64,000 bases of DNA from Antedon mediterranea. Lineage: Eukaryota; Animalia; Echinodermata. Position numbers and translations under genes: made by a program. The stretch lies in contig NC_092674.1 of the NCBI RefSeq assembly GCF_964355755.1, positions 30,752,001 through 30,816,000 on the forward strand, written 5' to 3'. Below the pieces are notes generated by a model. That model saw only the letters and a list, made by a program, of their open reading frames with translations. It ran no database searches and was not told where the DNA came from. Below, piece by piece: positions 60,290 to 64,000 of the stretch (positions are counted from its first letter, which is position 1; each line of letters starts with the position of its first letter).

Positions 60290-63200
60290 TTATGATAGAT
60301 AGGAAGCTGTTAGGCCTGAAAAAATAAATATTTAAAGTAAACACTTAACGTTGTCAACTATGGGGATAATCATTAATAAGTCATTTTTTGGGATAAAAAT
60401 ATAAACAAAAATAAGAATCTTACTTGGGGTCAAAGCACCGTTACTTCGTCTGCTTGGACTTGGTGATCGACTTCTACTTGGGGTCAAGTTGCGTGTTGGA
60501 CTGCGACTTCTCCTTGGTGAACCCTAAAGTAATAGCAACATTTTGATTTAGAGTTCTAAACATCTCCTATCATTGCATCTACCCTTTAACTACACTATGC
60601 CATTGTTTCAAATAAATATATATATAAATTCAAAGGAAAATTACTGAAACAATGCTGTGAGTATCAGTAGCTGGATCTCAATGGAGATACAAAATAAAAT
60701 AAACAAAAAGCTAAATCAAAACGATAAAGTAAAACGGCCAGAAAAAGCAGAGCTTTCGGGCATATATTTTTAATGCAAGGTGAAAGCCCAATTTTTGGGG
60801 CTTAAACTTACCAGTGATGCTCCTCTACGGGTGACTGCTTCGCCCTTCAAGAGCACCTTACCACTGTTATCCAACAGTGCTGGCCAGATGTAGTGATTCA
60901 CAAGAGGGGCGGAATACTCTGAATCAAAGCTTCGACGATACCTAAAAGATATTGGAAAAAACACAAATGATAATTACCAATGTTCATAAAATGTTGTTAT
61001 GAAGGCATTAATTTATAAACTTAACTTAAAGTTAGTGGAAACATTACAAACATTCATTATTTGTACAATAATATTAAACTTATATAGCGCATTATGCAAA
61101 GACTCAGTGCGCTCACAAAATATTTTAAAAAGCGGGAAACTAACACAAAAAAACAATGTTTTGAACAATGCATATTGTTATGAAGGCATTAATTTATAAT
61201 ACCAAAACTTTCCTTACTTGAGATCATCAAACAGTTCAGCTTCCCTGCAGACAGAGACTTCAAGAGGTGATGGAAGTGCCGCCATATTCCAAGCAGTTTT
61301 TACAAGTTCCCGTATAAAAGTGATCAAAATTTTGAAATCAACCACTGGTGGATACGCAATGGTTGGATGGTGATTCAAGGAGCTTAGAACTTCCTATTCA
61401 AGTCAAAAATAAACAGCAATGGTATATAAACAAATATTTTTAAAGCATTTATATATAGCTTCTCAAGATGACGAGTATTGATGGCATTGTTATCAACTAT
61501 ATTACAAATGTTAACTTTATATAAGCAACGAAATATGAAAGATATTAAAATAAAAGTATGTGCTACAGTAGTTAGATCACATATGAGATTGTTCCATTAC
61601 CTGAATGATGCTATGCACATCCAGCAGCTGACCGTTCCTGTTGATGTAATTCTGGACAGCTTGATCAAGGGTTTCCAAGCCATCGTGAGTCAACTGCAAA
61701 GTAGATCTTACTTTTGTACGATACTGTTGAAACGCAAGCTGAGAACATCTAAATGACTCCTGAAACACATGATTCAATATTGAAAATAATCAGTTAAATC
61801 AACATATACTTATATTATATTTAGGCAAATTTCTAAGAATAGCCATTAAGCAAATTCATTCACTTTTCTTCTCAAAGGCAATCTTGTTAACAATAAAAAC
61901 AAATGCACAAGATAGTGTATCATGAAAATAAAATTGTGATCTCTGATGGGATTTGGACCTACAACCCTGGAACCAAACTAGCTTATTGATTAAACTAATC
62001 AGACAACAGGTCTCTTCATACACAATTATATCAAAAAAGTGTGATGTGCCCAAATATGGTAGTGATATGCTTACATATGGTAGTGATATGATATCATGTC
62101 CATATATGGGCACATCACATTCTTTTGTCAAATATAAAGTTTGATAGTGTAGACAGAGCTTTAAGCGCTATATAAGACTAGCATTATTATCATTACCTTA
62201 ACACATGCCATTATTATTCTCTGGTTCATTTCATGATCTTCACAATGATTTCGCAAAATGTCCATAGCGTTCATCCGCTCTTCAGTAAACATGTGACTAA
62301 ATCTAGTCACAAGATTTGCCTGTCGCACACGTTGGACTACGTCACTGTTACCTGACATCTTACTAGATATAGCTGGTGGTAATGTACTTATGTAATCCAT
62401 TCTAGATTTAATTTAAAAAAGAATTTTCTGTTAAAAATCAGTCAGAATCAGTAAATTAGGTTTATGACAAGATAAAGCAAAATTTACACTGGATATATTC
62501 AATGTTAAGTTTTCAGATTTCTCTTTGAAATTGTCTAAACTTTTATCAAAATATAAAGAATCATATAACACTTATATTTATAAATATTTGTTTACACATC
62601 TGTATACTGTATGTTTGCCATATGAAAATAAAATTATGAATAAGTAATTAGCCGTCAATAGCCTCTGATGATTTATATAAAAAGACCATCATGTAAACAT
62701 TGAGTTTATTAAGTTTTCACTACAAATTTTGAATAAGTAATTAGCCGTCAATAGCCTCTGATGATTTATATAAAAAGACTATCATGTAAACATTGAGTTT
62801 ATTAAGTTTTCACTACAAATTTTGAATAAGTAATTAGCCGTCAATAGCCTCTGATGATTTATATAAAAAGACTATCATGTAAACTTTGAGTTTATTAAGT
62901 TTTCACTACAAATAAACAAGCAATTTCCATAATTTTCCTTCTGACCAATCAGTGCTCTGAATCAATAATTATACATACCGGCCAGTAAGAAGAGCCTTCT
63001 CTTCTTTGAGAGCTATCAGCTCGTCTCTCATTCGCTGAACTTGTTCATCGTACTCATCTAGAACCCCAACACGCATCTTATAACGTCGCAATTCATCTTC
63101 TGCATCTTGCAACCTATGAAAATTAATTGATTTCACCATTGAATAGCATCTTTTAAATAAAACAATGAATATTACATATTTCGAACCTTAAAAACATTCA

Positions 63201-63722
63201 CTTAAAATCACATTTTAATAATTCCAGCTTAGCATTTAAGAGTTTACTATTAGTAAGCACACAATAATACCACCACACTAGAGAAAGAAATAAAAATAAA
63301 TACATACATACAGAAAATATATAATAATACACCAAATTAAATTAAGATAGAATATTAGAGGGCCTCTTCAATATTAGAGGGCCTCTTCAATATTAGAGGG
63401 CCTCTTCAATATTAGAGGGCCTCTTCAATTCAGCTGTAGTACAGCTGTTAGAGCTATTCTTACTCCATGGTGAAACAAAGTTGAATAAATATATTAGAAT
63501 TGCAAGCATATAAAATCACCAAAGAACAACACCAATACCAAGAGAGGCAGATGATTGACCATTTAAAGACAAAATCAATTTAAACAGAGACATGCATGGT
63601 CATTACATTGAAAGAAAATAAATTGATTTCCAATACAATAGCAAGTGAATGAAGAGCAACACGTCTGTGAATTAATGATTGTGTCTTACTTTTTCAGTTT
63701 CGTGAATGGTGTTGTAATAAGT
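60290..63722 (-). CDS. SPATA18: Mitochondria-eating protein (MIEAP), 3' part; the gene continues beyond the right edge
   Basis: Spliced peptides RQANLVTRFSHMFTEERMNAMDILR, FIRELVKTAWNMAAL, YRRSFDSEYSAPLVNHYIWPAL..KGEAVTRRGAS and an RSRSPS-rich tail; stop at 60290-60292. Confidence 0.88.
60617..60790 (-). mobile_element. Second Penelope-like/retrozyme fragment with a decayed hammerhead
   Basis: Shares CAAAGG.AAATTACTGAA, TGGATCTCAATGGAGATACAAAA and AAAGCTAAATCAAAACGATAAAG..GCAGAGCTTTCGGGCA with 20985-21127; CTGATGA lost; adjacent (TA)n. Confidence 0.7.
62637..62912. repeat. 93-bp tandem repeat x3
   Basis: TGAATAAGTAATTAGCCGTCAATAGCCTCTG.. at 62637, 62730, 62823. Confidence 0.92.
63351..63429. 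repeat. 19-bp tandem repeat x4
   Basis: AATATTAGAGGGCCTCTTC units. Confidence 0.92.
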
Positions 63723-64000
63723 CTGAAGAAATCCATGTATGGTAAATAATAAAAAATAATAATCGTACAGATCAATTAAATATTTATATTACATTTAAAT
63801 CAGTTTTATAATCATATATTCATTACTCATCAAGTAGATTTCTTAACTGCAATGGATAGAATTATGTTGTTAAACATTATGTCTCATGATATTTTTGCAT
63901 TTATTTGTTTCATTTTAAGTTATTCTTTTGACGCATCTTAATCATCAAGTGTGCCACTGTTGTAAAAGTGAAATAAATAAATATTATTACACACCATTAA

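Noticed and set aside
60286-60292. Intron just after the MIEAP stop codon as an NMD trigger
   Set aside because: The junction is only 2 nt downstream of the stop, well inside the ~50-nt rule

Overview
AT-rich, intron-containing eukaryotic genomic DNA from a marine invertebrate, probably a deuterostome such as an echinoderm (inferred from protein similarity; organism not proven). Ten spliced genes can be assembled by eye: the 5' end of a possible Diaphanous-like formin (-), EXOSC9 (-), ATP6V0C (-), TRAP1 (-), AKT1S1/PRAS40 (-), an HMGB (-), SAP30/SAP30L (+), COA5 (-), PWP2 (+) and the 3' part of SPATA18/MIEAP (-). A 10-kb PRAS40 intron holds a nested structure: a SINE-like head, then a 48-bp hairpin minisatellite (~83 copies) split by an intact full-length L2-type LINE (SGNH-esterase ORF1, APE-RT ORF2). 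Introns also carry Harbinger, Kolobok and hAT-like non-autonomous elements, a high-copy MITE and many minisatellites. Most notable observations: (1) three 21-24 bp palindromes CATGGAGG..CCTCCATG, each with a perfect 7-bp target-site duplication (P-element-like excision scars or micro-elements); (2) a minimal Penelope-type hammerhead ribozyme in sense orientation in a TRAP1 intron; (3) a PRAS40 orthologue whose Akt site RPRLNT reads RPRLNI; (4) a tandem repeat that multiplies an EXOSC9 splice donor; (5) U12-type and GC-AG introns; (6) an unexplained ~100-bp element shared by two adjacent promoters. All coordinates were read by eye and no database searches were run.
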